Translations under genes and position numbers: made by a program
NCBI RefSeq assembly: GCF_009914755.1
Contig: NC_060929.1
Direction: 5' to 3' (one strand)
Length of the DNA: 64,000 nucleotides
Source of the DNA: the human T2T-CHM13v2.0 reference genome, Homo sapiens
Part shown: piece after piece, positions 15,873 through 29,340 of the stretch
Numbering within the stretch: position 1 is the first letter of the stretch
Layout of the letters: each line of letters starts with the position of its first letter
Notes under the pieces: generated by a model
What the model saw: the letters and a program-made list of their open reading frames with translations, nothing else
Told to the model about the DNA's origin: nothing
The model's database searches: none

Positions 15873-16942
15873 TATCGGGGAACCTGTCCCGATATTCATG
15901 TAGGTTCTTTTCTATTTTCCTTAAGCATCAGCTAGCTTGAGAAATAAAGGGACAGAGTACCAAAGAGAGAAATTTTAAAGCCGGGTGTCTGGGGGAGACA
16001 TCATATGTCGGTAGGTTCCGTGATGCCCCACAAGCCACAAAACCCAGCAAGTTTTTATTAGAGATTTTCAAAAGGGGAGGGAGTGTGCGAATAGGTGTGG
16101 GTGACAGACATCAAGTACTTAACAGGGTAATAGAACATCACAAGGCAAGTGGAGGCAGGGTGAGATCACAGGACCACAGCACTGAGGCGAAATTAGATTG
16201 CTAGTGAAGTTTCAGGCACCATTGTCATTGATAACATTTTATCAGCAGACAGGGTTTTGAGATCAACCGGTCTGACCAAAATTTATTAGGCAGGAATGTC
16301 CTCTTCCTAATAAGCCTGGGAGTGCTATGGAAGACTGGAGTCTATTTCATCTCTGCAGTCTCGGCCATAAGAGACGACCACGCCCCAGGGGGGCCAGTTC
16401 AGAAACTCATCCCCAGGTTCACATTCTCTTTCTCAGGGATGTTCCATGCTGAGAAAAAGAATTCAGCGATATTTCTCCCATTTGCTTTTGAAAGAAGAGA
16501 AATGTGGCTCTGTTTCACCCGGCTCACCAGCGGTCAGAGTTTAAGGTTATCTCTCTTATTCCCTGAACAATTGCTGTTATCCTGTTCTTTTTTCAAAGTG
16601 CTCAGATTTCATATTGCTCAAACACACATGCTGTACAATTTGTGCAGTTAACGCAATTATCACATGGTCCTGAAGCAACATGCATCCTCCTCAGCTGACA
16701 GGATTGAGAGATTAAAGTAAAGACAGGCACAGGAAAGCACAAGGGTATTGATTGGGGAAATGATAAGTGTCCATGAAATCTTCACAATTTATGTTTAGAG
16801 ATTGCAGTAAAGACAGGCATAAGAAATTACAAAAGTATTAATTTGGGGAACTAATAAATGTCCATAAAATCTTCACAATCCACGTTCTTCTGCCATGGCT
16901 TCAGCCTTTCCCTCTGTTTGGGGTCCCTGACTTCCCGCAACA
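15873..16942 (-). mobile_element. MER11 solo LTR (HERV-K11/HML-8)
   Basis: Minus strand starts TGTTGCGGGAAGTCAGGGACCCC; about 1.07 kb; 6-bp TSD gtgagg (15867-15872) / gtcagg (16943-16948). Confidence 0.93.
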
Positions 16943-18409
16943 GTCAGGATACCAGTCTGTACTGTATTTACATAAAATCCATACTTTCGTCTCTATCCTT
17001 CAAGTTACTTATTTTCTTCCCCAGGGGTCAGGAATTTTTTGCCCTTCGATTCATATGGTGGATTTTGATTTGTCCTAGATCTCATATTGACATGGTGAGT
17101 CAAATAGAAATTATTCATCTCTCATTTCCTCTGTTACAGTTTCAAATCCTGTAAAAACAACCCTAGTTATTCCAGCATTAGTAATTTACACTTCATAGAA
17201 CATGGAATTCAAGGTTGGTGGAGATATGAAAGAAAAATAGATACTAGAAAGTAGTGATTCACATTTTTAGATCTTCAGAACTACTGAAAGGAAATGTGAG
17301 ATTCCCTATAATTTAAACATAAAACCCAGCATCTGCTCATGACTAAGCATTGCAGAAAAGATGAAAACTGTTCTCAATTTTCAATAATATTGCAACCTTG
17401 TGTTAATAAAGAAGTAAATTTATAAGTAACATTACTATTATGCGTATTTTAAATTTCATGAGAAGGGTCAACATTGGAGGCCTTGCTTGGACACTTGTGT
17501 GCTCAGAATCCTGACCATGCTCACTGAAAACCAGAGATAAGTCAGTCTGCCAAAAATAAATAAATAAATGAACAAAAAAAAAGGAAGATGTCATGCTGGA
17601 GATTAACACAGATTGAGGTCTCCAGAGTTTGAACTACTTATTCTCTTGGCAGTTTTCTAGTTTCCACTATTGTGTTTTTCTCAAGCTGGCTAAATTTTAT
17701 TTTTCTTAATCCCAACCAAAAAAACTTTTGGCCAACACAAAAACTAGATAAGTAGGGCATTTGGCAAAGGCCCTGAAGATCAGAATCATCTGATGTATTT
17801 TTTGGTGTCATACCTTCTTGATGAAATGTTTTTAAATATTGATGTTTGAATGTACTAGTGCAATGCAATAGTGGTAAATAAAGAAAATGAAATAGATTTC
17901 ATAGTAAAAGGAAAACCAATTTTACTGTAATCTATTTTCATGGTAAAGTAAATATGTAGAGTATTTTTACAATTGTTTGGCCAATTAACTGAAAATAAAT
18001 ATTTCTTTGCTTCACCATGTTATGACACACATGTGAAATAGTAAATTACTGACTACTGACCTTTTAAATGGATGCCTCCATAACATGGAATGCACAGGAG
18101 AGACTATGCCAAAGTGATATTTATTTACTAATATTTAGAAAACTTTAATAATTAACTCATCAAAGGTTGAATATAAAACTGTACTTTCATAAGAGAAAAA
18201 TTCTCTGCCTGTATCAGAGTTTCATTAGAGAAACAGAACGTGTAGGACTAGATGGATGGATGGATAGATAGATAGATAGATAGATAGGCTGTTTGAAAAT
18301 AATTGTGGAGGCTGGCTAGGCAAGTTCAAAATCTATGGGGCAGGTCATCAAGATGTGAACACTGGAAGTCTGAGGCATGAGCTGGAGCTTCAGTCCAAAG
18401 GAAGAGTTA

Positions 18410-18610
18410 TTTCTTCTCTGCCTCCTTCTTCTTCTTCTTCTCCTCCTCCTCCTTCTTGTTTTCTTCTTCTTTCTTCCTCCTCTTCCCCCTCCTCCCCTCC
18501 TCCTCCTTCTTCTTCTTTCTTCCTCCTCCTCCCCCTCATCCCCTCCTTCTCCTTCTTCTTCTTCTTTGTCTTCTCTTTTCTTTCTTCTTCTTCTTCATTT
18601 ATTTTTTATT

Positions 18611-18657
<47 letters not shown>

Positions 18658-18662
18658 TTTTT
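18410..18662. repeat. Compound (CTT/CCT)n + (TTTA)n microsatellite at the Alu tail
   Basis: About 190 bp pyrimidine triplet tract followed by a (TTTA)n run. Confidence 0.93.
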
Positions 18663-18961
18663 GAGACGGAGTTTCACTCTTTTTGCCCAGGCTTGAGTGC
18701 AATGGCCGATCTTGGCTTACTGCACCCTCTGCTTCCTGGGTTCAAGGTTCAAGCGATTTTCCTGCATCAGCCTCCTGAGTAGCTGGTATTACAGGCATGC
18801 ACCACCAGGCCTGGGCCTGGCTAATTTTGTATTTCTAGTAGAGACAAGATTTCTTCATGGCGGTCAGGCTGGTCTCAAACTCCTGACCTCAGGTGATCTG
18901 GCCCCCCAACCCCCGGCCTCTCAAAGTGTTGGGATTACAGGTGTGAACCACCGCACCCCAC
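18598..18961 (-). mobile_element. AluS (Sx/Sq-like)
   Basis: gagacggagtttcactctt...ctcctgacctcaggtgatc...caaagtgttgggattacaggtgtgaaccacc. Confidence 0.92.
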
Positions 18962-19064
18962 AGATTTCTTCTTCTTTAAGGAAGCCTCAGTTCTGTGTTA
19001 AAGACCTTTTGCTTGATTGAGTTAGGCTCACCGGACAATCTAAAGGAATCTAACTCCTTGATGT

Positions 19065-19340
19065 CAGATGTAGAAAATGTCATAATAGAAGCAAGAGATT
19101 GTAGTGATGGAACCATGAACTAAGGAACGCCAAAACATACCAGAAGTCTCAAAAAATGTTAAAAGGCAATCAACAGATTCACTCCTGGAGCCTCCAGAAG
19201 AAATCAGGACTCCTGACATTTTAATTTTAGCTCACTAGGACTCATTTCAAACTCCTGGTTTCCAGTTAGAGAAAATCCAATTTTGTTATCTAGATCATCA
19301 AGTTAATGATAATTTGTAATAGTTGTCATAAAAAATACAG
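19065..19340 (+). mobile_element. MLT1 (C/D-like) MaLR LTR 3' part
   Basis: aacagattcactcctggagcctccagaag, ttttaattttagc, gataatttgtaatag. Confidence 0.7.
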
Positions 19341-19624
19341 CTATATCGTTTGTGTGCTTTTTCATAGATTACATATTTTATTCTGAATTTTAATGATTTG
19401 TATGCTTTCTTAGATGAGGAGAGAAAAGACAAACTTTCCAATTGTCATTTAAGAGTTGTGAAAATCACTTTCTGAACATCAAACATATTTAAAAATAACA
19501 CTTAGTACCTCCTGAAACTTGTGTCTAAATAAATAATTTAATGCACATTTATTAAAATAAAAACATATCTACTCTATGTACCTGGTAAATGTCAGGATTT
19601 AAAAAATGAAATAAGATGTAAAAT

Positions 19625-20472
19625 TCCAAGAGAAAAAAGTCAATTCAGAACTCTGTATCTGGTAAAACTATGCTTTACAAATGAGGAAGAACATGAGCCA
19701 TTTCCAGATAAACAAAAAGCAAAGAAGTTTATTACCACTATACCTTCCATACAAGAAATACTAAAGGGAGTTCTTCCAGTTAAACTGAAAGGAAACTGGA
19801 TACTAATTTGAAGCCATATGAAAGCATAAAGTTCTCCAGGGAAGATAAATACGTGGACAAATAAAAAAAATTATTGTAATTTTGGTTTGTAACCATTTTT
19901 TATTATACTATAGGATTTGAAAGGCAAAATCATAAAAATAAAATTATAAATCTATTTTAACGGCATTCAATATACAGAAATGTAATTTATGATATCAGTA
20001 CCATAAGGGGGAGATATAAAGAAATAGAATTTTGTATGATTTTGTATGATGTTGCAGTTAACTTGGTATCAACTAAAACAGATTGCTGTAACTTGAGGAT
20101 AATATGTATAATCACCAATGATAACCACTAAGAAAACATTTATAGAATGTACACAAAAGGAAATAAAAAGGAAATTAAAACTTATGACAAAAAATAAGAA
20201 GGCAGTACCGAAGGAACTGAGGGATAACAAAAAGCTGTAAAATGCATAAACAAGTAACAAAATGGCAATAGTAAGTTAATTATTTCAAGTGTAAATGATA
20301 AATGAATTAAAATTACAAATTAAAAAATGTTAAAAAAGAATTAGTTAAAAACACAAGAATCAACTATTTGATGCCTACAACACTCACTTTAGATCCAAGG
20401 ACATGCATGGTTTAAAAGTGAAAGAATGGAAAATAATTTCCATGCAAATAATAACCAAAAGAAAGCAGGTGT
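19625..20472 (+). mobile_element. Old L1M fragment spanning ORF1 end, inter-ORF region and ORF2 endonuclease start
   Basis: Decayed frames resembling ILYPAKL..FPDKQK (ORF1) and CLQ.THF..LKVK.WK.IFHANNNQKKAGV (EN). Confidence 0.8.
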
Positions 20473-21954
20473 AAAGAAGCCACAATGCAGAGGATGATAG
20501 AGGCTTCCAGAATGGCCTCTTCATGAGTTATTGGAGGCTCCACTTGTTTAGCATTCTCAAAATATAATCTGAAACAAAGTTAATGTTTGGGATTAAGGAG
20601 GATTTTTAGGTTATACCAGATAAACTGAAAATATAGAAATTGTAGTAATAGCATGGTCAACCCCTTAACTACTAGCAACACACAAAACAAGAGAACGTTG
20701 TGTAACTTAAAAGGATTCACTCTGGGATATAAGGGATTGAAAATACTATCATGACTGACATATAGAGAAGTTTCATTGATGGGAATGCACAATGAAAACA
20801 TGAATCTATCACATGGGTGAAGGCTGGGTTACAAATATAAGGAACATTTAATCCTTAGGAGCAAAAGAAAATCAAGAGGATTCAATATATGAGTAAGACA
20901 GTCACAGCCAACAGAGAAAAATTACAAAGTCTTTCAGATTTAAAGAGTTATCTATTTTATTTTAATATGTGTTTTGAAAAAGTGAAATATATCATTATAG
21001 AAAAATTCTTTTAAATTTCAAGTTATGCTGCAATTCATGTGATTTATAGAAACACTTCACTCATCTTTGATAGTATTATAGAATAAATGTTAGTTATGTA
21101 GAATATTCCTAAGGAGTACTAGATTCACAAAAAATACAAACAAATATACTGTGTTACATGCATTAGGTTTTACTTATTCCTTCATTACATATAAACATGT
21201 TTGATTTTCATATAGTTCTGATAAAAGCAATAACATGATTATGATAACTTATTGTATTAGCTGATAAGATTAGTTGTGTTTTAAAGCTAAAATAATAATA
21301 ATAATTCTATATTCTTTGAATCAATAATTTTCCCTCAACGGAGTAACTTTGTCTCTACTGATTTCTGTTTTTCAAGTTATTTTTCTCTAAGACAAGTGAA
21401 ATTTCAATGTCTTAATAAAACTAAATATTGCTGTTTAAATTTTAAGTGATGATCCAAATTATGTGAATCCTAGTCAACTACAGACTATAAATTTGAAAGA
21501 ATAAATTCTCAAAGTTTGTTCTATATTCAAACATTATTAGATGCTACTCCTATTGCTAATAATTGGCATACAAAATTTACACCTTCACTTCATAAAAGGA
21601 AAGGTGACATAAATAATTAGGTATTTTTGGTATGCTGTATATGGTTTCCATGAACTCAAAAGTCTTGTAAGCCTATCCCATTATTTGATATCCAAAGTGA
21701 AAGTCTCTCAAACCAGAGACAAGGTCGATATTAACTAGATTAATATTGCATAGGAAAGTGTTACCAGTTGGACTATTTTTCAATAGTTTTAGTTCTCTTT
21801 TTGGGGGGGATGTGAAGTGACATGCAAATATTTATGTAAGTGGAAAATTGATACAATCATTGTAATAAAATTGCTTATAAAAAGATTTAATTTATTGTCT
21901 ATCTGACCATGAATAGAAATTCTTGCTCAAACCCTATAGATTGTGATGAAATTT

Positions 21955-23123
21955 CTCAGCATTGGAGTTGCATTCTAGTGGCCCTATACCTCTGGAATTT
22001 CAAAGATAGTAATTCACCCACAGATCCATTAAGTCTAGTGGGGACTGTGTGGGTGACCGCACTTTCTCCAGTTCCTAATACGTCTGACAATTCTCTGCAT
22101 GGCCTCAGGCTATTGTGAAATCCTTTGAAATCTAGATGGAGGAAGACATGCCCCTATAGCTCCTGCACTTTTGAACTTTTAAACTTAACACTGCATGAAT
22201 GTTGCCAAAATTTGACTTGCAACTTCCAAAGTTGTGGCCCAAGCTGCGTCTGGGCTCTTTGAGCCACACCTGAGGTGATCAAGGAGTTCTGCCAGGAATT
22301 CAAGGAGCAGAGACTTGAAGCAGCCCTGGGCAGTGAGCCAACATATCAAGGGTACTTGAGGCCTCTCTTGACATATTTTCTTGCTGTAAGCCTTGGCACT
22401 CTGTGTCTGTGATGGGAGGGGTGGTACCAGTAATCTCCAAACTGCCTTCAAGATGAGATCATTCTTCCATTGCCCTGATAAATGGCCCCTGGCTTTGTTC
22501 TATACATACTAATCTTTCTGTCAAACTTGGTTTTCTCTCCTGAAAATGCTCTTTCATCCTCTGCCACACCTCCGGGGTGAGATTCTTTCGAACTCTTAAA
22601 TTCTGTTTCCTTTTTAGTTAGAAAATCCCTACCTTCAAATCATTTCTTTCTTCTTGAATTTTACTGTATGCAGTTAAAAGAAGCCATGCCAAAATTTGAA
22701 TATTTTGCTATGTAGATATTCTTCTCCCAGATATCCTAGTTAATCCCTCTGAAGTTCTACCTTCCATGAAGTCCTAGGACATGGACACAATTCAGCCAAG
22801 GTTTTTGCCATTTGTAACAAGGATGATTGTTTTTCTCCAGTTTCCAATACTTTTTGTCTGAGACCTCATTAGAATGGCCCTTACCAATATTCTGATCATG
22901 ACCACCTAAATAATCTCTAGGAAGTTTCAGACTTTCCATATGGGTCTTCTCTTCTGAGCTTTCCCCCAGAAATTCTCTTAATGCTCCATTTATGGCAATC
23001 TAGCATTTTTCTAGCCTGTTCCTCCAAATTTTTTCTACCACTGTCCATTAGCCAGTTCAAAACTATTTCCACATTTTTCAGTGTTTGTCATAGCAACCAC
23101 CCCACCTCTTAGTACCAATTTTC
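21955..23123 (-). mobile_element. MaLR internal sequence (MST-int-like)
   Basis: atcctttgaaatctagatggagg, ctgtgatgggagggg, gagacctcattagaatggcc; abuts the LTR via gtaccaattttc|tgt. Confidence 0.8.
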
Positions 23124-23481
23124 TGTCTTTGTCTGTTTTGTGCTGTTATAACAGAATTTCACAGACTGGGTAGTTTATAATGTACATAAATTTATTGGCT
23201 CACAGTTCTAGAGGCTGGGAAGTGCAGACAATGGGACAAGCATTTGGCAAGGGCTTTCTGGCAGTGTAATCCCATGCTGGAAGGGCAGAGAGGGCTAGAT
23301 AAAGTAAGAGATAAAACTTGAAGCCTCAAGCCCTTTTATAATCATCATGAATACATTCATGGGGTGGGGGGCAGTCCTCATTACCTAAACACTTCCCATT
23401 AGGCCCCATCTTCAAACAGTGTTGCACTGGGCATTAAGTTTCCAACACATGCATTTTGAGAGACTCATTCAAACTATTGCA
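23124..23481 (-). mobile_element. MSTB-like MaLR LTR (5' LTR of the element above)
   Basis: tgctgttataacagaatttcacagactggg, tggctcacagttctagaggctgggaag, cattcaaactattgca. Confidence 0.85.
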
Positions 23482-24707
23482 ATAGTCTTACATTAAAATC
23501 CTCATCTTTAACATTAATCATAGGTACATTCATATATGTACTCCAAATAAGGATTCTTCTCTGTGTCACCCTGATACTGTCAGTTACTGTAACAAAATAA
23601 CACAATCCACGTATTATTTCATCGGTAGGTGTTTTGGCTTGCCCTTCATTTTACCTGGGCCCTGCAATGCACTAGAAGCTTATTTTTAATACCTCTGAAA
23701 CAAACATCTAACAATTACAGCCTTAGAACTCTAAAACAGAGGACTATACTAAGGATTCTGAGACTAAGAATTTCCAGCACTCTCTAAGTACGAAAGCAGA
23801 CGAGTTCTTGGCTAATAACATAGAAGCAACAAAACAAGCAGATGATTTTGAGTGGTAGCCTGCTACCGCAGAACCATCAGATGAGAATTAATTAAATACA
23901 ACTGAATCAGAGTTATGAGCAAAATTTTATTTTGATTGTTTTCCTTGGGTTGTTTTGGTACTCCTTTTGATATTCTATATATTGAATTTTTGTATTATGA
24001 TGTATTATTTTTTCTTGCTGTTTTATATTTAACCCTCAATTTAATAGGATACTTGAATTATTCTTTCAATAATCTTACTCTATTTACTTGTTCTTTTTGC
24101 TGTTACACTCTACAAATGTGCACTAAAAGACTACTCATTGAGAGATGATCTAACACAAAATCAATTGCACAATTTCGAGTTGTAGGGAATGGAAGCTCTA
24201 AGCCCTAAAAGGAACAGGAAGTGCATAGGGTTTATTTGTAGCAAAAATAAAATGTAGTTAATTATGGTACTTGGAAAAGCTAGCAAGATTCAGCAAGAAT
24301 TCCACAGTTATTTACCCAATACTGTGATGCTATGTTTTTAAGGGTTAAAAAATGGGTAAGATCCAGTGTAGACTACAAAGTCATAAATATAATCAGCTAC
24401 AGATAACAACTATAATTGGGACTGAAAATAGCTCTCTCTATAAATGTGTGTATAAATATGCATATATTTACATACATATTCCATATACCATATATTTAAA
24501 TACACATGTATACATATAAATTACTATCTATAGACTATTTCAGATATTAGAAGACATGTGTTATGATAGCTCCTTTGGCATTTTAATCTAATTCTATTGA
24601 AAGGAGACACAGATGTGTCTTGCTGGTTGTGACTGACTACTAGTCCGGCTCTACTGCCCTCCTGCCTCTCAGGGTTTTATGCATAAAAGCTCTCTGTATG
24701 CGTCTTT

Positions 24708-24710
<3 letters not shown>

Positions 24711-24756
<46 letters not shown>
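24711..24756. repeat. (TG)23 microsatellite
   Basis: Perfect dinucleotide run of 46 bp. Confidence 0.98.
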
Positions 24757-24759
<3 letters not shown>

Positions 24760-25521
24760 TTTTAAGTTTTCTCCTGCCTCATATTATTGCTTTTTGTATT
24801 AAAACTTCGCTTGCTTTTGCTAGACTGCTATGTGCTTTCATTTGCTCATAGTAAAACTGTCAAACGGTAAAGATTGGCCATATTGAAATACATGTTTAAG
24901 ACTTTTCCTAGAAACGTTTTAAAAAAAATCCATCATTTCCTAATACTGTGGTTTATCGGAGGCACCACAAGTAATGGACAACATTAATGCATTTGCCTAA
25001 TTGGATAGTAATATTTATATCTATGCTCTCAAAACTAGTAAAAAATGACAAAAGACTTACTTTCTTATTATTTTTCAAGAAACTCATGTTGTAAGTGCTT
25101 GGCCATATTTTCAATTTTTCTGGATAGTTTTGCATTTCAACTTGCTTGTATCTCTTAAGTATATATTATTAATAGCGTATTAAATGTGTGATCTTTCATA
25201 GACTTGCAACCTGAACGTACTTTGATAAAAGTTTTTAATGGAATATACCATTTCTGTTCACAGAAGCATACATTATGTTCACTGAAAAACAATTATTTTG
25301 AACTGTTAGTTCTTTTCTCAGTTCATTACTCTTTTTATATATCCTTCATAGTACTTACTCTTGCCTGTTTAATGAAGACATTTAATTTGAATTTCTCTGA
25401 AAAGCATTGTGTATTTATATAAACATATATAAAATCCTCAATTTTAAAAAATAGAAGAAGCAATTTTTACTTTAGTGTTTAAAAATGATGTAATTGTGAT
25501 AATATGCACTGCTTGATTTCT

Positions 25522-27383
25522 ATTTTTTTTAAATTTTACTTTAAATTCTGGGATACATGTGCAGAATGCGTGGGTTTGTCACATAGGTAAACATGTGTCA
25601 TGGTGGTTTTGCTGCCCATATCAACCTGTCATCTAGGTTTTAAGCCCCATATGGATTAGCTATTTTTCCTAATGCGCTCCCTATCCTTCCCCGCCAACCC
25701 CCGACAGGCCACAGTGTGTGATGTTCCCCTCCCTGTGTCCATGTGTTCTCACTGTTCAATTCCCACTTATGAGTGAGAACATGCAGTGTTTGGTTTTCTG
25801 TCCCTGTGTTGGTTTGCTGAGGATGATGGTTTCCAACTTCATCCATGTCCCTGCAAATAATATGAACTCATTCTTTTTTTTATGTCTGAATAGTGTTCCA
25901 TGGTGTATACGTGCCACATTTTCTTTATCTAATCTATCACTGATGGGCATTTGGGTTGGTTCCAAATCTGTACTATTGTAAATAGTGCTGCAATAAACGT
26001 ATGTGTGGATATGTCTTTATAGTAGAATGATTTATAATCCTTTAGGTATATACCCAGTAATGGAATTGCTGGGTCAAATGGTATTTCTGGTTCCAGATTC
26101 TTGAGGAATTCCCACACTGTCTTCCACAATGATTGAACCAATTTACATTCCCACCAACAGTGTAAAAGCAATCCTATTTCTCCACATCCTCTCCAGCATC
26201 TGTTGTTTCCTGACTTTTTAATGATCGCCATTCTAACTTGCGTGAGATGGTATCTCATCGTGGTTTTGATCTGCATTTCTCTAATGACCAGTGATGATGA
26301 GCTCTTTTCTTATGTTTGTTGGCCACATAAATGTCTTCTTTTGAAAAGTGTCTGTTCGTATCCTTCACCCACTTTTTGATGGGGTTGCTTGTTTTTCTTT
26401 CTTGTAAATTTGTTTAAGTTCATTGTAGATTCTTGATATTAGCCCTTTGTCAGATGGATGGATTGCAAAAATTTTCTCCCATTCTGTATGTTGCCTGTTC
26501 ACTCTGATGATAGTTTCTTTGGCTGTGCAGAAGCTCTTTAGTTTTATTAGATCCCATTTGTCAATTTTGGCTTTTGTTGCAATTGCTTTTGATCTTTTAG
26601 TCATGAAGTCTTTGCTCATGCCTATGTCCTGAATGGTATTTCCTAGGTTTTCTCTAGGGATTTTATGGTTTTAGGTTTTACTTTTAAGTCTTTAATCCAT
26701 TTTGAGTTAATTTTTGTATAAGTTGTAAGGGAGGGGTCCAGTTTCAGTTTTCTGCAAGTGGCTAACCAGTTTTCCCAACACCACTTATTAAATAGGAAAT
26801 CCCTTCCCCATTGCTTGTTTTTGTCAGGTTTGTCAAAGATCACATGGTTGTAGATGTGTGGTGTTGTTTCTGAGGCATGTATTCTATTCCATTTGTCTAT
26901 GTATCTGTTTTGGTACTAGTACCATGCTGTTTTGGTTACTGTAGCCTTGTAATATAGTTTGAAATCAGGAAGTGTGATGCCTCCAGCTTTGTTCTTTTTG
27001 CTTAGGATTGTCTTGGCTATATGGGGTCTTTTTTTGTTTCATATGAAATTTAAAGTAGTTTATTCTAATTCTGTGAAGAAAGTCAATAGTAGCTTGATGG
27101 GAAGAGCATTGAATCTATAAATTATTTTGGGCAGTATGGCCATTTTCACAGTATTGATTCTTCCTATCCATGAGCATAGAATGTTTTTCCATTTGTTTGT
27201 GTATTCTCTTATTTGCCTGAGCAGTGGTTTGTATTTCTCCTTGAAGAGATCCTTCACATCTGTTGTAAGTGGTATTCCTAGGTATTTTATTCTCTTTGTA
27301 GCAATTGTGAATGGGAGTTCACTCATGATTTGGCAATCTGTCCATTATTGGTATACAGGAATGCTTGTGATTTTTGCACATTG
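25522..27383 (-). mobile_element. 5'-truncated L1PA (about L1PA7), 1.86 kb
   Basis: Minus-strand ORFs 27060-27326, 26643-26843, 26365-26619 and 25929-26276 are ORF2p; 3'UTR taggttttaagcccc; short T-run tail. Confidence 0.95.
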
Positions 27384-27799
27384 TCAAATTTTGAAATTTT
27401 AGAAAAATAGGAATTAAGTAAATATTTTTAACTTTAGTGCTTAAAAATGATGTAATTGTGGTAATATGAACTGCTTGATATTCTAACAAATAGAGAAGTA
27501 CAGCAAAGATTGATGAAAATGGAGAAATAAAATAGCATGTGCTATGTCTAAAGAACGTAGTCATTTCTCAGGTCATATTGATTTTTGCCTTTCAGTAGGA
27601 ATTCATACCTACTGTTAGTAGATATATCACTTTTTTTAAAGAACATTATATAATTTTGTTTTATATGGCAGCAACTAATTTGATTTTAAAATTAGTTAAT
27701 TAAAAGTCTTCTGCCAAGTCAAACACCACTGTAGAACTGATATTCTCCACATCCCCAAAGCTTACCACTTCTAATTTGAATAGTTAAGAATGTCAGTGA

Positions 27800-28228
27800 T
27801 AATTTATGGGAACAGCATTGAATCTTTAAATTGCTTTGGGCAGTATGGTCATTTTAATATTGATTCTTCCTACTCATGAGCATGGAATGTTTTTCCATTT
27901 GTTGTGTCATCTCTAATTCCTTTGAGCAATGGTCTGTAGTTCTCTTAGTAGATATCTAGAGATCTTTCACCTCCCTTGTTAGCTGTATTCCAAGGTATTT
28001 TGTTCTTTCTGTGGCTATTGTAAATGGGAGTTGGTTTGTGATTTGGCTCTCGGCTTGACTGTTGTTGGCATATAGGAATTCTAGCAGTTTTTGCACATCG
28101 ATTTTGTTACCTGAGGCTTTGCTGAAGTTACTAATCAGCTTCCGAAGCTTTTGGGATGAGACGATGGGGTTTTCTAGATACAGGATCATGTCATCTACAA
28201 ACAGGGATAGTTTGACTTCCTCTCTCAT
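27800..28228 (-). mobile_element. Isolated internal L1P ORF2 (RT) fragment of a different, older subfamily
   Basis: ORF 27956-28252 contains [20 protein letters not shown]...[14 protein letters not shown]; no 3'UTR or tail. Confidence 0.88.
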
Positions 28229-29139
28229 CCTATTCGAAAAGTGTTTATACATTGCTTCCTCCTGATTTAGAATTTTAGATATTATTTATTAAGTTATTTC
28301 CATCAAGATTAACAGTCAAAAAGATGTTACTTTTAAATCAGTTATTTTTTAATTACGCACAGTCAGAATTATACTTACCTTTGTTGTTTTTACTAGGCTT
28401 TTTATTTGGTTCCAAATTATTACAGAAATCTCAATAATTAGATCAAAGTCTACCATGAGAAAATCCAGGAATTTTCTTTCATTGGTCCCAGTTAAGGTAG
28501 TTAACAGAAATTACACATGAAATTCTTCATTTGTGTCCTTCTGGCAAAATTATGATTACTTATGCAATCACCATTCAGAATTTCATTCTAGACAACAAAA
28601 AGTAAAATACAACTCCCCAACATTCGGTAAATTAAAAATTCTTATTTTTCTCGGTTTTTATTTCTTGTCCTTTTTTTTCCCTTGCTTCCTTTCTCACCTG
28701 ATTAATCACCTATGAAAATTATTCTCACATTTTTTGAGCTTTCATTTTAAGAAAGTTAAAAAGATAACAACTTCATCTTAAAAATAATTAGAGTAAAACA
28801 TAATTCTTAAGACAAATGTTCTGCAGCAAGTTTTCGTAATTTTCATAAAAATTAGAAATCAATATTGACATAGTTAACTAACATATTTTTTAAAGTGTGG
28901 GGTGCATTTGCTGCTTTGACAGCGAAAGGGAGAGAACTACATGCAATTTAGGGGAATACTGTGAATTTATATTTTATTTATAGCTGCTGATTTAGTTTTA
29001 TTATGAATTAGAATACCTTGGAGGATTTCATGACTGTACAAGGAGAGACCATATCCTTTGCACTATCACCTATCAGCAAAATAAAATACAAGATATTTTT
29101 TAAAACCTGGGGAAAGATGGTTTTGGGATATACTGCCTG

Positions 29140-29340
29140 GTATACTAATTATTAGCCATATATGACTCTTGAGATTCAAAATTAAATTATTTAAAAGTAA
29201 GTAAATGTATACAAATTCATTTTCACAGTCACATTAGCCATATTTCAAGTGCTAAATAGCTAAATTTGACTAGTGACTATAATACTGAAGAGTGCATCTG
29301 TAGACTATTATCACAGAAATCTCTAATGGAAAGTACTAGT
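29140..29340 (-). mobile_element. MER3/MER33-like hAT MITE
   Basis: cagtcacattagccatatttcaagtgctaaatagc...atcacagaaatctctaatgga. Confidence 0.72.

Larger units (their letters stand above)
18210..19060 (-). mobile_element. Old MLT2 (ERVL) LTR interrupted by an Alu and microsatellites
   Basis: tgtatcagagtt...agagaaacagaac, internal (GATA)n, ggaggctggctaggcaagttcaaaatct; resumes at about 18962. Confidence 0.7.

Noticed and set aside
16716-16880. Two-copy repeat of about 90 bp (agtaaagacaggca...aaatcttcacaat)
   Set aside because: Intrinsic internal repeat of MER11 LTRs
18355-19020. Ser/Pro/Leu/Phe-rich ORFs
   Set aside because: Translations of microsatellite and antisense Alu sequence
23726-23857. 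Protein-like open frame NSKTEDYTKDSETKNF...DDFEW*
   Set aside because: No start codon, no polypyrimidine acceptor, no recognised homology; length compatible with chance
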